From a bacterium (GTDB lineage Bacteria; Patescibacteriota; Minisyncoccia; Phycocordibacterales; UBA2100), in NCBI GenBank assembly GCA_030647655.1, contig JAUSJH010000002.1:130445-194444 (forward strand): a stretch of 64,000 nucleotides of DNA, in the 5' to 3' direction. This document shows, piece after piece, positions 39,279 to 48,749 of this stretch. Under the pieces are notes generated by a model. It saw nothing but the letters and a program-made list of their open reading frames with translations. It did no database searches and was not told where the DNA came from. The position numbers and the translations under genes are program-made. Every line of letters starts with the position of its first letter. Position 1 is the stretch's first letter.

Positions 39279-39664
39279 TACTGGTCAAGACAAAAATCGG
39301 TCAAAGCAATATCCACGGAATCGGCCTGTTCGCAGCGGAGCCGATCGCCAAAGGCACAAAGGTGTGGGAATTTACGCCTGGGTTTGAGGTTGTTTTGGAC
39401 AAGGAGCAAGTTAGCCGTCTTTCCGAAGCGGCTAGAGAACAGTTCTTCCATTACGCATATCTCAGTAAGGAAAGCAGGAAATACGTTTTGTGTACTGACG
39501 ATGCTCGTTTTTTCAACCATGACGATAATTCGAACATCACATGCATAGTTCCGCGCGAAACTCGTATCGAGAACGCGCTCGAATGCTTCGCTACGAGAGA
39601 CATTCAGGCCAACGAGGAAATTACCAACAACTACCGAGAGTTCGACAGTACGCAGGAAATATGA
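39275..39664 (+). CDS. small SET-domain protein
   Basis: GIGLFAAEPIAKGTKVWEF..., RFFNHDDNSN, EEITNNY; 129 aa; overlaps the upstream SET gene's stop. Confidence 0.65.
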   Translation: MILVKTKIGQSNIHGIGLFAAEPIAKGTKVWEFTPGFEVVLDKEQVSRLSEAAREQFFHYAYLSKESRKYVLCTDDARFFNHDDNSNITCIVPRETRIENALECFATRDIQANEEITNNYREFDSTQEI

Positions 39665-39830
39665 AAACAACAAAGGAAAGCGCCTATTTTCTCGCCATAT
39701 TATTAGGATTGTTTCTGACGGCCGTTGCAATATCGTACTATCGATACATGGTCCTCCACGAATTCCAATATTTTGTAACCGAAAGTGATATCCCCGATCG
39801 GTTCGAGATGTCATCCTACACGTCCGCACT

Positions 39831-41513
39831 ATGACCGGAGAACTAGAAGCCCTCATCGAAGCGTGCGAATGGTTCCCCTCGTACTATCTCATTTTATCGG
39901 AGAACGTTTACACGCCTCTACTATATTACTCATATCTCGGCTCTCTGATACCGACCCTTCTCATTGCAGGATACGTGCTGATCAACGGCGCAAAAGAACT
40001 GGCGAACAGGCTCCTGTTCCTTATGTCTCTATGCTTCGGGATTTGGGTCTTCGGTGCCATGGTTACGTGGGCTACCGAATTTCCCTCCTATACGATGTTT
40101 TTCTGGACACTCATCAATTTGGCAGAAGCTTTCGTATACTTTCTTGCCTTCTACTTCTTCTACGTCTTCGTATTTAAGAAGGATTTGACTCTGCGACAGA
40201 AAATAATCTTCAGTTTGCCGCTGCTGCCTACGCTCGCTCTCGCTTCCACACCCTACATGCTTTTAGGATACAATCTTTCGGACTGCGACAGAAATGCCTT
40301 TGAAGGAATACTGTCGGTATGGGATTTTTCGATGGAATTCCTCTTCGCCGCCCTTATAGCCGGCTTCGCGGGATACGCGTGGAAAAACGCATCGTCTTGG
40401 GAACAAAAAAAACAAACAACACTACTTGCAACTGGTATTATCGCTTTCTTATTGAGTTTTTCCTTGGGAAATATTCTCGAAATCTTCACGGAGAATTGGT
40501 ACATTGGGCAGTATGGGCTATTCGGCGCTCCAATCTTCGTAGCATTCCTTGCCTATCTCATAGTCAGATTTAAGGCCTTCAATCTCAAGCTCATCGGTGC
40601 GCAGGCGCTTGTCACGGCTTTATGGCTTCTGGTACTCACCCTCTTATTTGTGCGGCATATTGAAAATGTACGAGTTGTTACGTCCATCACGCTCATATTC
40701 GTGCTTATACTTGGGATTATTTTGGTTCGAAGTGTGCGGAAAGAAGTGCAGCAACGAGAACTTATTCAGAAGCAGGAGCAGGAGCTCGAGGTGGTGAATA
40801 AGCAACAGGAGACCCTCTTGCACTTCATCAGTCACGAGATCAAGGGCTACCTGACAAAAGGGGAGAGTGCATTTTCTGAAATTGCCGATGGGGACTACGG
40901 CGCCATTCCGGCTGGTGTAAAAACGCTCGCGAGCGGCGCCTTGGCCGAGATGCGTAAAGGAGTGAGAACCGTGATGGAAATACTCGACGCCTCGAATTTG
41001 AAAAAAGGTACGGTGAGTTACAAAATGCAGACCTTCGACCTCAAAGCCGCCGTTGTTGACGTCGTCAACCACCTCAAGCCCGCCGCCGAAGCGAAGCACA
41101 TAGACATCAAGACGACGATAGATACGCAAGGGCGCTTTATCATGAATGGCGATGAGGAGAAGATTCGTCAGCACGTATTGCGCAACCTCATAGACAACGC
41201 CATCAAATACACACCAGAGGGGAGCATCAGCGTCGAGCTTGGGAGCTCGAACAGCCCCTCGACTTCGCTCGGGGTAAACAAAATCCGTTTTGTGGTCAAA
41301 GACAGCGGGGTGGGCATCACGCCCGAGGACATGGCGAAGCTCTTTACGGAAGGCGGCCACGGAAAGGATTCCATCAAGGTGAATTCCCACTCGACGGGCT
41401 ATGGTCTCTTCATCGCAAAGGAAATCGTGGACGCCCACGGCGGCAAAATCTGGGCAGAATCCAAGGGGCAGGGCAAGGGCTCTCGATTCATTGTCGAGCT
41501 TCCTGCGCTCTAA
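39831..41513 (+). CDS. sensor histidine kinase with N-terminal multi-TM (about 7 helices) sensor domain
   Basis: HisKA H-box (FISHEIKGYL) and HATPase_c N, G1 and G2 boxes (NLIDNAIKYT; VKDSGVGI; GYGLFIAKEIVDAHGG). No response regulator is adjacent. Confidence 0.85.
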   Translation: MTGELEALIEACEWFPSYYLILSENVYTPLLYYSYLGSLIPTLLIAGYVLINGAKELANRLLFLMSLCFGIWVFGAMVTWATEFPSYTMFFWTLINLAEAFVYFLAFYFFYVFVFKKDLTLRQKIIFSLPLLPTLALASTPYMLLGYNLSDCDRNAFEGILSVWDFSMEFLFAALIAGFAGYAWKNASSWEQKKQTTLLATGIIAFLLSFSLGNILEIFTENWYIGQYGLFGAPIFVAFLAYLIVRFKAFNLKLIGAQALVTALWLLVLTLLFVRHIENVRVVTSITLIFVLILGIILVRSVRKEVQQRELIQKQEQELEVVNKQQETLLHFISHEIKGYLTKGESAFSEIADGDYGAIPAGVKTLASGALAEMRKGVRTVMEILDASNLKKGTVSYKMQTFDLKAAVVDVVNHLKPAAEAKHIDIKTTIDTQGRFIMNGDEEKIRQHVLRNLIDNAIKYTPEGSISVELGSSNSPSTSLGVNKIRFVVKDSGVGITPEDMAKLFTEGGHGKDSIKVNSHSTGYGLFIAKEIVDAHGGKIWAESKGQGKGSRFIVELPAL

Positions 41514-41588
41514 ACATATCGCAAAAAGCTTTGCCCACAGCAATGCGGAAATGTCATACAAAGAGGCGAAATGGTATACTGACCGACT

Positions 41589-41897
41589 ATGGCGAAGAAA
41601 GAAAAGGATACCAATGGTCTGCTGTCGGAGTTGATGGCATTTGTGAAGAAACAATTTGAGCGGCAGGAAAAGCAACTCGACCGCGTTGAGAGTGTGCTTT
41701 CACTGCACCAAGACATTCTGGAAAAAGGTTCCGAAGATATGCGAGACTTACGCCAAGGACAACTCCTACACGATAAACGCTTCGACGAGCTCGATTCGGC
41801 AGTCCATGGCATATCTCGGGCAGTTGATAAAGATGCGGTAAAAGTCATTGACCACGAGCGCCGCATCATTCGCCTCGAACACTCACGGCCACGGTAA
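41589..41897 (+). CDS. hypothetical coiled-coil protein
   Basis: Charged heptad-like sequence; no family recognised. Confidence 0.35.
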   Translation: MAKKEKDTNGLLSELMAFVKKQFERQEKQLDRVESVLSLHQDILEKGSEDMRDLRQGQLLHDKRFDELDSAVHGISRAVDKDAVKVIDHERRIIRLEHSRPR

Positions 41898-42139
41898 GAC
41901 AGCATTTCTGGGTAGAATCCGACGACGGAGGTAAAGGTGCGCGATTTATTGTCGAATTCACAGTCTAGTTGCCCACATCAACCTAAAATGACATAGTTTG
42001 GAGAGTCCTGTTTGCCTTGGCAGGAAAAAGAGACTGTGCAAAAACCGCGACAGGCCCGGAAGCCTGTTTTGCGGGGGCCCTGAAGCCCTCACTACTCTTG
42101 GCCCCGGAAGGCCGAGCATCAAGGTATTGGAGACTGCAC

Positions 42140-42901
42140 GTGACTAATAATGATCTCAGGTTATCGCCCGAGCAGGTGATCTACCTGTCCGGCGGTTCGC
42201 CGAAACCGCGGATCGACGCGCTGCGTCAACTGTGGTTCGAGAAAAACGGCGAAGAACCGGTTGCCACCGGTCATGGCTGCATCCGCAGTCGGCGATTCCA
42301 ACGAATGTGGAGTTGGCCGACCATGATTGCCGGTATCGCTCTCGTCGTCGCCAGCTTCGTGTTCATGGCTGAAGCGGACAAAGCAGAAGAGCTGTACGTC
42401 ACGGGCAAAGCCGCTGCTGACAGCGGCGATGCGATGTTCAGCTACTCGTTGCTGTGTTTGGCCGTAGGGATAATCATCGGCGTGATCGGACTTTCTGGAG
42501 TCTCTGAAAGCGGACGAAAAGCTTTCAACTTCCAATATAAAGAAGGCAACTTCGGCCACGACTTCGGCTATGTCTACGATTTGCTCAAGGACCTCGAGGT
42601 CATGCAGATCGTCCAGGAAGAGAACCCGGAGTGGCGTCAGGTTTTCATCGACAAGGCCACGCAGATCCTCGACGAGCAAGCGTACAAGCTGAAAAAAGCC
42701 GAGAAGGCTAATCTCGCCAAGTACATCGGCTTCAAGATCAACGGCAAGCCCACCAAGGAAAGCGAGCGCGAGCGGGACGAGTTTTCCCGCCTCTACGACC
42801 TCTTCATCGGCTTCGGCCTTGCGGACCCCAATGGATGGGGACCCTATGACCAACATGCCGAGGAGCGGCTACTTCGCGAAGCTCAGGGCACTGCTGCCTG
42901 A
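42140..42901 (+). CDS. hypothetical membrane protein
   Basis: Two TM helices; the start is uncertain (GTG at 42140; the ORF is open from 42017). Confidence 0.4.
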   Translation: MTNNDLRLSPEQVIYLSGGSPKPRIDALRQLWFEKNGEEPVATGHGCIRSRRFQRMWSWPTMIAGIALVVASFVFMAEADKAEELYVTGKAAADSGDAMFSYSLLCLAVGIIIGVIGLSGVSESGRKAFNFQYKEGNFGHDFGYVYDLLKDLEVMQIVQEENPEWRQVFIDKATQILDEQAYKLKKAEKANLAKYIGFKINGKPTKESERERDEFSRLYDLFIGFGLADPNGWGPYDQHAEERLLREAQGTAA

Positions 42902-42979
42902 GCAACTTCGACAATGGCGCCGCGCGGTCATTCCCGCGCGGCGTTATTCTTTTTCTATGCTTATGCTATATTTGTGGCT

Positions 42980-43915
42980 ATGCAACGGCTTTTTACGGGT
43001 CTCCAGCCTTCGGGAACGCTCCACATCGGCAACTACTTTGGGGCGCTTAAACAGACCGCCGAATTGCTGAAAAATTCTGATGGATTAGTGATGATAGCCG
43101 ATTATCATGCGCTCACCACACTCAAGGAACCCGCACAATTGCGGGAGAACATAGCAGGTGTCGTGCGCGATTATGTCGCGGTTGGCGTGGATCCGAAGAA
43201 GTCTATTATCTTCCAGCAATCCTCAAATCCGGCGCATACCGAGCTCGCGTGGATATTCGATTGTCTCGTTACGGTGCCCTTTCTCATGCAGGCGCACGCA
43301 TACAAAGATAAGGTAGCAAAAGGCCTCGAAGCCAACGCGGGACTTTTCACCTACCCGATGCTCATGGCCGCCGACATCTTGCTCTATGACACCGATATCG
43401 TCCCAGTGGGCGCCGATCAGAAGCAACACGTGGAATACGCACGCGAAGCCGCAATGAAATTCAACGCGGCGTTCGGCGAGACGTTCAAGGAGCCAAAAGA
43501 AAAAATACTAGATTCTGTCGCGGTCGTCCCCGGCACCGACGGCAAAAAAATGAGCAAAAGCTACGGCAACACCATTCCATTATTCGGTACGAAAGACGAG
43601 ATACAAAAGGCGGTCATGAGTATTGTTACGGATTCGAAGGCAGAAAGTCCAGAGAACGTCTACAACATCCACAAGCTTTTCCGAAGCGGCGAGAGCCTCG
43701 CCGCGCTCTACAAAGAGAATAAAGGCAAGTACAAGGCGCTCAAAGATGCGCTCATCGAAGATATAGAGACTTTGGTCGGGCCGATGCGAGAAAGGCGCGC
43801 GAGTGTTACCGATGCGGACGTTAAGCGCATTCTTGAAGACGGTGGCGAGCGGGCACGGGAGAGAGCAGAAAAGAAAATGGCCGATGTACGAGCCAAAGTG
43901 GGTGTGACCCTCTAA
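42980..43915 (+). CDS. trpS: tryptophan--tRNA ligase
   Basis: FTGLQPSGTLHIGNYFGAL (HIGH region) and KMSKSYGN. Confidence 0.9.
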   Translation: MQRLFTGLQPSGTLHIGNYFGALKQTAELLKNSDGLVMIADYHALTTLKEPAQLRENIAGVVRDYVAVGVDPKKSIIFQQSSNPAHTELAWIFDCLVTVPFLMQAHAYKDKVAKGLEANAGLFTYPMLMAADILLYDTDIVPVGADQKQHVEYAREAAMKFNAAFGETFKEPKEKILDSVAVVPGTDGKKMSKSYGNTIPLFGTKDEIQKAVMSIVTDSKAESPENVYNIHKLFRSGESLAALYKENKGKYKALKDALIEDIETLVGPMRERRASVTDADVKRILEDGGERARERAEKKMADVRAKVGVTL

Positions 43916-43956
43916 CGCTATACTAGTATTTTGCAAAAGACTGCAATAGAAAGAAT

Positions 43957-45360
43957 ATGATAAGAACTTTCATAAACGATTTGAAGAATCACGTGGGCGA
44001 GACTGTGCTTATAAAAGGCTGGGTATCGGTGCGGCGGGATCAAGGCAAAATGGTCTTTTTTGATTTCCGCGACATGACCGGAGAGGTGCAGGGCGTTGTG
44101 CTTGCGGGAAGCCCTGCGATAGAGACAGCAAAAAATACTAGCCGTGAGAGCGTCGTTGCCATCACTGCCGAAGTGAAAAAGCGTCCCGAGAAAAATGCGC
44201 AGGCGGAGAAACAAAATGGCGACATCGAGCTCGTGGTCAAAGATTTGGTTGTCGAGAGTCCGTCTGCCACGCTTCCATTCGAGATAAATGAGGACACAGC
44301 GGCAATCAATGAGGAGAGCAGGCTCGCGTACCGCTATCTCGACCTTCGGAGCGAGCGCATGCAACGTAATATCCGCCTGCGAAGCGAATTCGTGCGCCGA
44401 TGCCGTGATTTCCTTTTTGCCGAGCATTTTACCGAGATAGAAACACCACTCCTCACTGAATCCACACCCGAAGGCTCGCGCGATTTCGTCGTGCCGTCAC
44501 GACTGCACCACGGCAAATTCTACGCCCTTCCGCAATCTCCCCAACAGTACAAACAGCTCCTTATGGTCGGCGGCTTCGAGCGCTACTTCCAGCTCGCACG
44601 TGCGGTACGCGACGAGGACCTACGCGCGGACCGCGGATTCGAGCACACACAAATTGATATTGAGATGTCGTTCGTGAGCCAAGAAGATGTGATGAGTACT
44701 GTAGAGCGTATGATAACGACCGTCGTGGAGGGTCTCGGGTTCACGGTGAAAGAAAAACCGTTTCCGCGTTTTACCTATGCCGAGGCCATCGAAAAATTCG
44801 GCTCTGATAAATTCGATCTGCGTACCGAGGAGGAAAAGCAGAGGAACATTCTCGCCTACGCATGGGTCTACAAATTCCCATTCTTCGAAAAGACGCCGGA
44901 AGGGAAATGGACGTTCACTCACAACCCCTTCTCGATGCCCCTCGCAGAACATGTCGAGCAGCTTATGCAAAAAAAGAATATCGGTGAAATACTGACTACA
45001 CAATACGACCTCGTGTGCAACGGGTCTGAAACGGGCGGTGGCAGTATACGCGCCCACAAACACGAAATCCTAAAAGCCGCGTATGAGGTCATGGGGTACT
45101 CCGCAGATGAGATAGAGGAGCGCATCGGGCACATGCTCAAAGCCTTTGAGTTCGGCGTTCCTCCGCATGGCGGCATAGCGCTCGGCGTCGAGCGCCTCAT
45201 CATGAGTCTCACTGATGAGACGCAACTGCGCGAAGTGCAGGCATTCCCGATGACGCGCAGCGGCCAGACTTCCGTTATGAAAGCTCCCAAGCAACTAACA
45301 AAAGAACAACTTGACGAGCTCGGTATCCAAATTAAACCGGAAAAGCGGCATGATAAATGA
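43957..45360 (+). CDS. aspS: aspartate--tRNA ligase, short form lacking the GAD insertion
   Basis: OB anticodon-binding domain; class II motif 2 (QSPQQYKQLLMVGGFERYFQLARAVRDEDLRADRGFEHTQIDIEMSF) and motif 3 (GGIALGVERL). Confidence 0.8.
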   Translation: MIRTFINDLKNHVGETVLIKGWVSVRRDQGKMVFFDFRDMTGEVQGVVLAGSPAIETAKNTSRESVVAITAEVKKRPEKNAQAEKQNGDIELVVKDLVVESPSATLPFEINEDTAAINEESRLAYRYLDLRSERMQRNIRLRSEFVRRCRDFLFAEHFTEIETPLLTESTPEGSRDFVVPSRLHHGKFYALPQSPQQYKQLLMVGGFERYFQLARAVRDEDLRADRGFEHTQIDIEMSFVSQEDVMSTVERMITTVVEGLGFTVKEKPFPRFTYAEAIEKFGSDKFDLRTEEEKQRNILAYAWVYKFPFFEKTPEGKWTFTHNPFSMPLAEHVEQLMQKKNIGEILTTQYDLVCNGSETGGGSIRAHKHEILKAAYEVMGYSADEIEERIGHMLKAFEFGVPPHGGIALGVERLIMSLTDETQLREVQAFPMTRSGQTSVMKAPKQLTKEQLDELGIQIKPEKRHDK

Positions 45361-46081
45361 ACGATTCACAATAGCGACACCTGCCTTCGCAGGCCCACTC
45401 GAAACGCTCCTCAACATGATAGAGGAGCGGAAAATGTCGATTTCGGACATTTCACTCTCCGAGGTCACCGATGCGTATCTGGCGTACGTCGAGAAATTGC
45501 CGGAGCTTCCACTCGGAGAAACTGCGCAATTTATCCTTGTCGCTTCTACACTGCTTCTCATCAAATCACGCGCACTTTTGCCCACACTCGAACTTTCGGA
45601 AGACGAACGAGAGTCGGTGGAGGAGCTTGAACGACGGCTCGAGCGTCTGCGACTTATCCGGAAAATAGCGAAGACTTTACGCAAAGAGTGGGGGAGGGCA
45701 CCGTTTCTTCTCGCGCGCCGCGCGCCCAAGCGCGCGGTCACTTTCAGTCCCGCCGATGCAACGATTTCCACACTTGTGCGCGCGGCAAAGGGCCTCTTGA
45801 GCATATTGCCGAAGCCCGAAGAAATGGCCCGCGTTGCGGTTGCTCCCGTACTTGCGCTCGAAGATGTCATTGCGCACCTCAAAAAACGCCTCTCAACCAC
45901 GTTCAAAGCCCGTTTCTCCGAACTCACACGCTCGCGCGACCGGCACGAGGTCATCGTGTACTTCCTAGGCATTCTCGAGCTTGTGCGCACGGGGTCCGCG
46001 AGCGTTTCCCAAGAGCGGCTTTTTGACGACATCACAATAGAGATAGAAAACATAACCGGCGCCCCAAAATTCGGCGTATGA
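45350..46081 (+). CDS. scpA: segregation and condensation protein A
   Basis: FAGPLETLLNMIEERKMSISDISLSEVTDAYLAYV...AQFILVASTLLLIKSRALLP. Confidence 0.8.
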   Translation: MINERFTIATPAFAGPLETLLNMIEERKMSISDISLSEVTDAYLAYVEKLPELPLGETAQFILVASTLLLIKSRALLPTLELSEDERESVEELERRLERLRLIRKIAKTLRKEWGRAPFLLARRAPKRAVTFSPADATISTLVRAAKGLLSILPKPEEMARVAVAPVLALEDVIAHLKKRLSTTFKARFSELTRSRDRHEVIVYFLGILELVRTGSASVSQERLFDDITIEIENITGAPKFGV

Positions 46082-46653
46082 ACATTCCGGACCTCGCAAA
46101 ACGTGCAGAGGCATTTCTATTCAGCGAAGGCGGGTCTTTGACCCTGCGGAAGCTCGAGCAATTGCTTGGCGTGAAAACGCCGCAACTGCGCGAGATACTC
46201 GCGGAGCTCCGTATAAGGCGGGAGGGAAGCGGGCTTGCGCTCGTAGAGACCGCAACCGAAGCTTCGCTTGTCGTTACTTCGGAAGAATCCAGTGCGGTGC
46301 GCTCCGCTTTCGAGCGCGAGTTGGAAAAAGAAATAGGAGACGCGGGTCTCGAAGTCCTTTCAATCGTCCTTTATCGTGGACCTTCGACACGGGCACAGAT
46401 AGATTACATCCGCGGCGTCAACACGAGCTCCACCATGCGAACACTTCTTGCACGTGGGCTACTTATGCGCACAGGTAATCCGGAGGATGGCCGCGAATAT
46501 CTCTACTACCCGACAGTCGAACTTCTGGCGCATCTCGGAGTGCGCACGGCCGAGGAATTGCCGGACTACCAAACCGTTCGTACGGAGTTGGCAGCTTTCG
46601 AGTCGGCGAACACGCCACAAGACATCAACGAAGCGCGAAGTGATGCGGAATAA
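46078..46653 (+). CDS. scpB: segregation and condensation protein B
   Basis: AEAFLFSEGGSLTLRKL...LEVLSIVLYRGPSTRAQIDYIRGVNTSSTMRTLLARGLL. Confidence 0.85.
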   Translation: MNIPDLAKRAEAFLFSEGGSLTLRKLEQLLGVKTPQLREILAELRIRREGSGLALVETATEASLVVTSEESSAVRSAFERELEKEIGDAGLEVLSIVLYRGPSTRAQIDYIRGVNTSSTMRTLLARGLLMRTGNPEDGREYLYYPTVELLAHLGVRTAEELPDYQTVRTELAAFESANTPQDINEARSDAE

Positions 46654-46659
46654 TAATGT

Positions 46660-47652
46660 ATGGCGGAAGAAACACGACCAATTGAAGGACCGGCGGCCGT
46701 CGAGATGGTGGCACCACCATCTCCACAACGTTTTTTGGGGGCGGCTACGCTTGTCCTTATGTTTTTTGCAAGCGCGAGCTTGACTGCCGCCTATCTTTCC
46801 AACATTCAAGCTGGTGCGCAGGCACAGATGGCCTCTGCATCAACTGTGATAGACCCGTTCGCGCCACTATCTCTCGATGCAAAAGCGGTATACGTAGCCG
46901 ATCTCGCGACCGGCAAAGTGCTGTATGCAAAGAACGAAGATGTACAACTCCCGCTCGCGTCCCTCGCAAAGGTGATGTTGGCACTCGCCGTCTCAGAAGC
47001 TCTTGCGCCGGACGCGATAGTCACCGTCCCGCCGCATTCGACCCCCGACGGCGCACCGAAGCGTCTCCCCGACGGCACACAATGGCATGCGCAAGACCTC
47101 ATTGATTTCACGCTTGTGGCTTCCTCAAATGAAGGCGCGAGCGTACTCGCAGAAGCGGCGGATTCCGTATTGTCCCGCATATACAAGGAGGCGAAAAGGG
47201 GAGGGGCGACACTCTGGCGCATGAACGACCTCGCGCTGAACCTCGGACTCACGCACACGTATTTTCTCAACGAAAGTGGGCTTGATTTGAGTGAGACACA
47301 AGCCGGTGCATTTGGCTCCGCGCGCGATATCGCACTTCTCTTCGCCTATGCCGCCTCGACATCACCCGCGCGTTTCGAAGCCACAGCACGCGGAGGAGAG
47401 GTTTTCAGGTCGCTCGACGGCGCCAAAGCGACGGTCGTCAACACCGACAAGATTTTGGGCGAGATACCGGGGCTCGTGATGGGGAAAACCGGTGCTACTG
47501 ACCTTGCTGGAGGAAATCTTGGCGTAATCTTCGATGTTGGGCCGGCGCACCCCGTGGTCGCTGTCGTCCTACACTCTACCGACGAGGGCCGCTTTTCTGA
47601 TATGCGAAAGCTCGTCACAGCGGCGCAAGCGGCCATAACAGAAGCGCATTGA
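46660..47652 (+). CDS. D-alanyl-D-alanine carboxypeptidase (peptidase S11, PBP5/6-like)
   Basis: SxxK (LASLAKVM), SxN (SSNEGA), KTG (GKTGAT), and an N-terminal TM/signal sequence. Confidence 0.8.
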   Translation: MAEETRPIEGPAAVEMVAPPSPQRFLGAATLVLMFFASASLTAAYLSNIQAGAQAQMASASTVIDPFAPLSLDAKAVYVADLATGKVLYAKNEDVQLPLASLAKVMLALAVSEALAPDAIVTVPPHSTPDGAPKRLPDGTQWHAQDLIDFTLVASSNEGASVLAEAADSVLSRIYKEAKRGGATLWRMNDLALNLGLTHTYFLNESGLDLSETQAGAFGSARDIALLFAYAASTSPARFEATARGGEVFRSLDGAKATVVNTDKILGEIPGLVMGKTGATDLAGGNLGVIFDVGPAHPVVAVVLHSTDEGRFSDMRKLVTAAQAAITEAH

Positions 47653-48725
47653 TATACGTTATGCTCCCTGATCTTGTACGTATTCTCCTCCCAGCCGCGA
47701 TAGCTTTCGTCGTAGGCGTAGCGGCAACCCCACTCCTTACGCACTACCTTTATGCCTACAAAGCATGGAAGAAACGCCCCGGCAAGCAAACTCTCGATGG
47801 TGCCATAGCGCACGAATTCTATCGTCTTCATCACGAGAACGAGGTGCGTGCGCCGCGCATGGGCGGCATCGTCGTGTGGGGAAGTGTCGTCCTCACCATT
47901 CTCGGCATCGCTATATTCGCGCAGATAATTCCAATTCCTGCTTTGAAGGACCTTAACTTCTTGAGCCGCAACCAGACGTGGCTTCCGCTAGCCGCTCTCC
48001 TCGTCGGCGCATTCATCGGCCTCATCGACGATCTTATGGTCATCAGGCAAAGTGGTGAGGGCCTCCGACTGCGCTTTCGCCTTCTCATCGTGGTACTGCT
48101 CTCCTCTTTCGTCGGCTGGTGGTTTTTCGACAAACTCGACGTAACGGCCGTCAATATCCCGTTTGCCGCGCCGCTCGAGCTCGGCTGGCTTATCATTCCG
48201 CTCTTCGTCCTTGTCTCACTTTCGCTTTACGCCTCCGGCGTCATAGACGGCATAGACGGACTCTCGGGCGGCGTATTTGCTTCCATATTCGCTTCCTATA
48301 CGATTATCGCGTTTACGCAGAATCAAATCGACCTTGCGGCCTTCACGGCGTGCGTCGTCGGGGGACTTCTCGCATTTCTGTGGTTCAACGTCCCGCCCGC
48401 GCGTTTTTACATGTCTGACACCGGTACGATGGGCCTCACGCTTGCTATCGGCACGATTGCCTTCATGACCGATGATTTGGGCGGGGGAGTCGGGATATCC
48501 GTCTTACCCATTATCGGCGCCTTGCTCGTTGTGACCGTACTTTCCGACATCGCGCAAGTGTTCTCGAAGAGATTTTTAGGGCGCAAGCTCCTGCGTATCG
48601 CGCCACTGCATCACCATTTCGAGGCAATCGGCTGGTCGGGACCTAAGGTCGTAATGCGATATTGGATACTTTCTGTAGTGTTTTCATTTGCTGGGGTCAT
48701 CATCGCCCTTGCCGCACTACCCTGA
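47649..48725 (+). CDS. mraY: phospho-N-acetylmuramoyl-pentapeptide transferase
   Basis: GLIDDLMVI, DGIDGLSGG, MSDTGTMGL. Confidence 0.9.
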   Translation: MIYVMLPDLVRILLPAAIAFVVGVAATPLLTHYLYAYKAWKKRPGKQTLDGAIAHEFYRLHHENEVRAPRMGGIVVWGSVVLTILGIAIFAQIIPIPALKDLNFLSRNQTWLPLAALLVGAFIGLIDDLMVIRQSGEGLRLRFRLLIVVLLSSFVGWWFFDKLDVTAVNIPFAAPLELGWLIIPLFVLVSLSLYASGVIDGIDGLSGGVFASIFASYTIIAFTQNQIDLAAFTACVVGGLLAFLWFNVPPARFYMSDTGTMGLTLAIGTIAFMTDDLGGGVGISVLPIIGALLVVTVLSDIAQVFSKRFLGRKLLRIAPLHHHFEAIGWSGPKVVMRYWILSVVFSFAGVIIALAALP

Positions 48726-48749
48726 TTTTCCGGGTGATACTATAGGTCA

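Noticed and set aside
45295-46053. A 252-aa minus-strand ORF antisense to scpA.
   Set aside because: The plus-strand frame encodes a clear ScpA; the minus ORF is Ser/Arg-rich low-complexity sequence.
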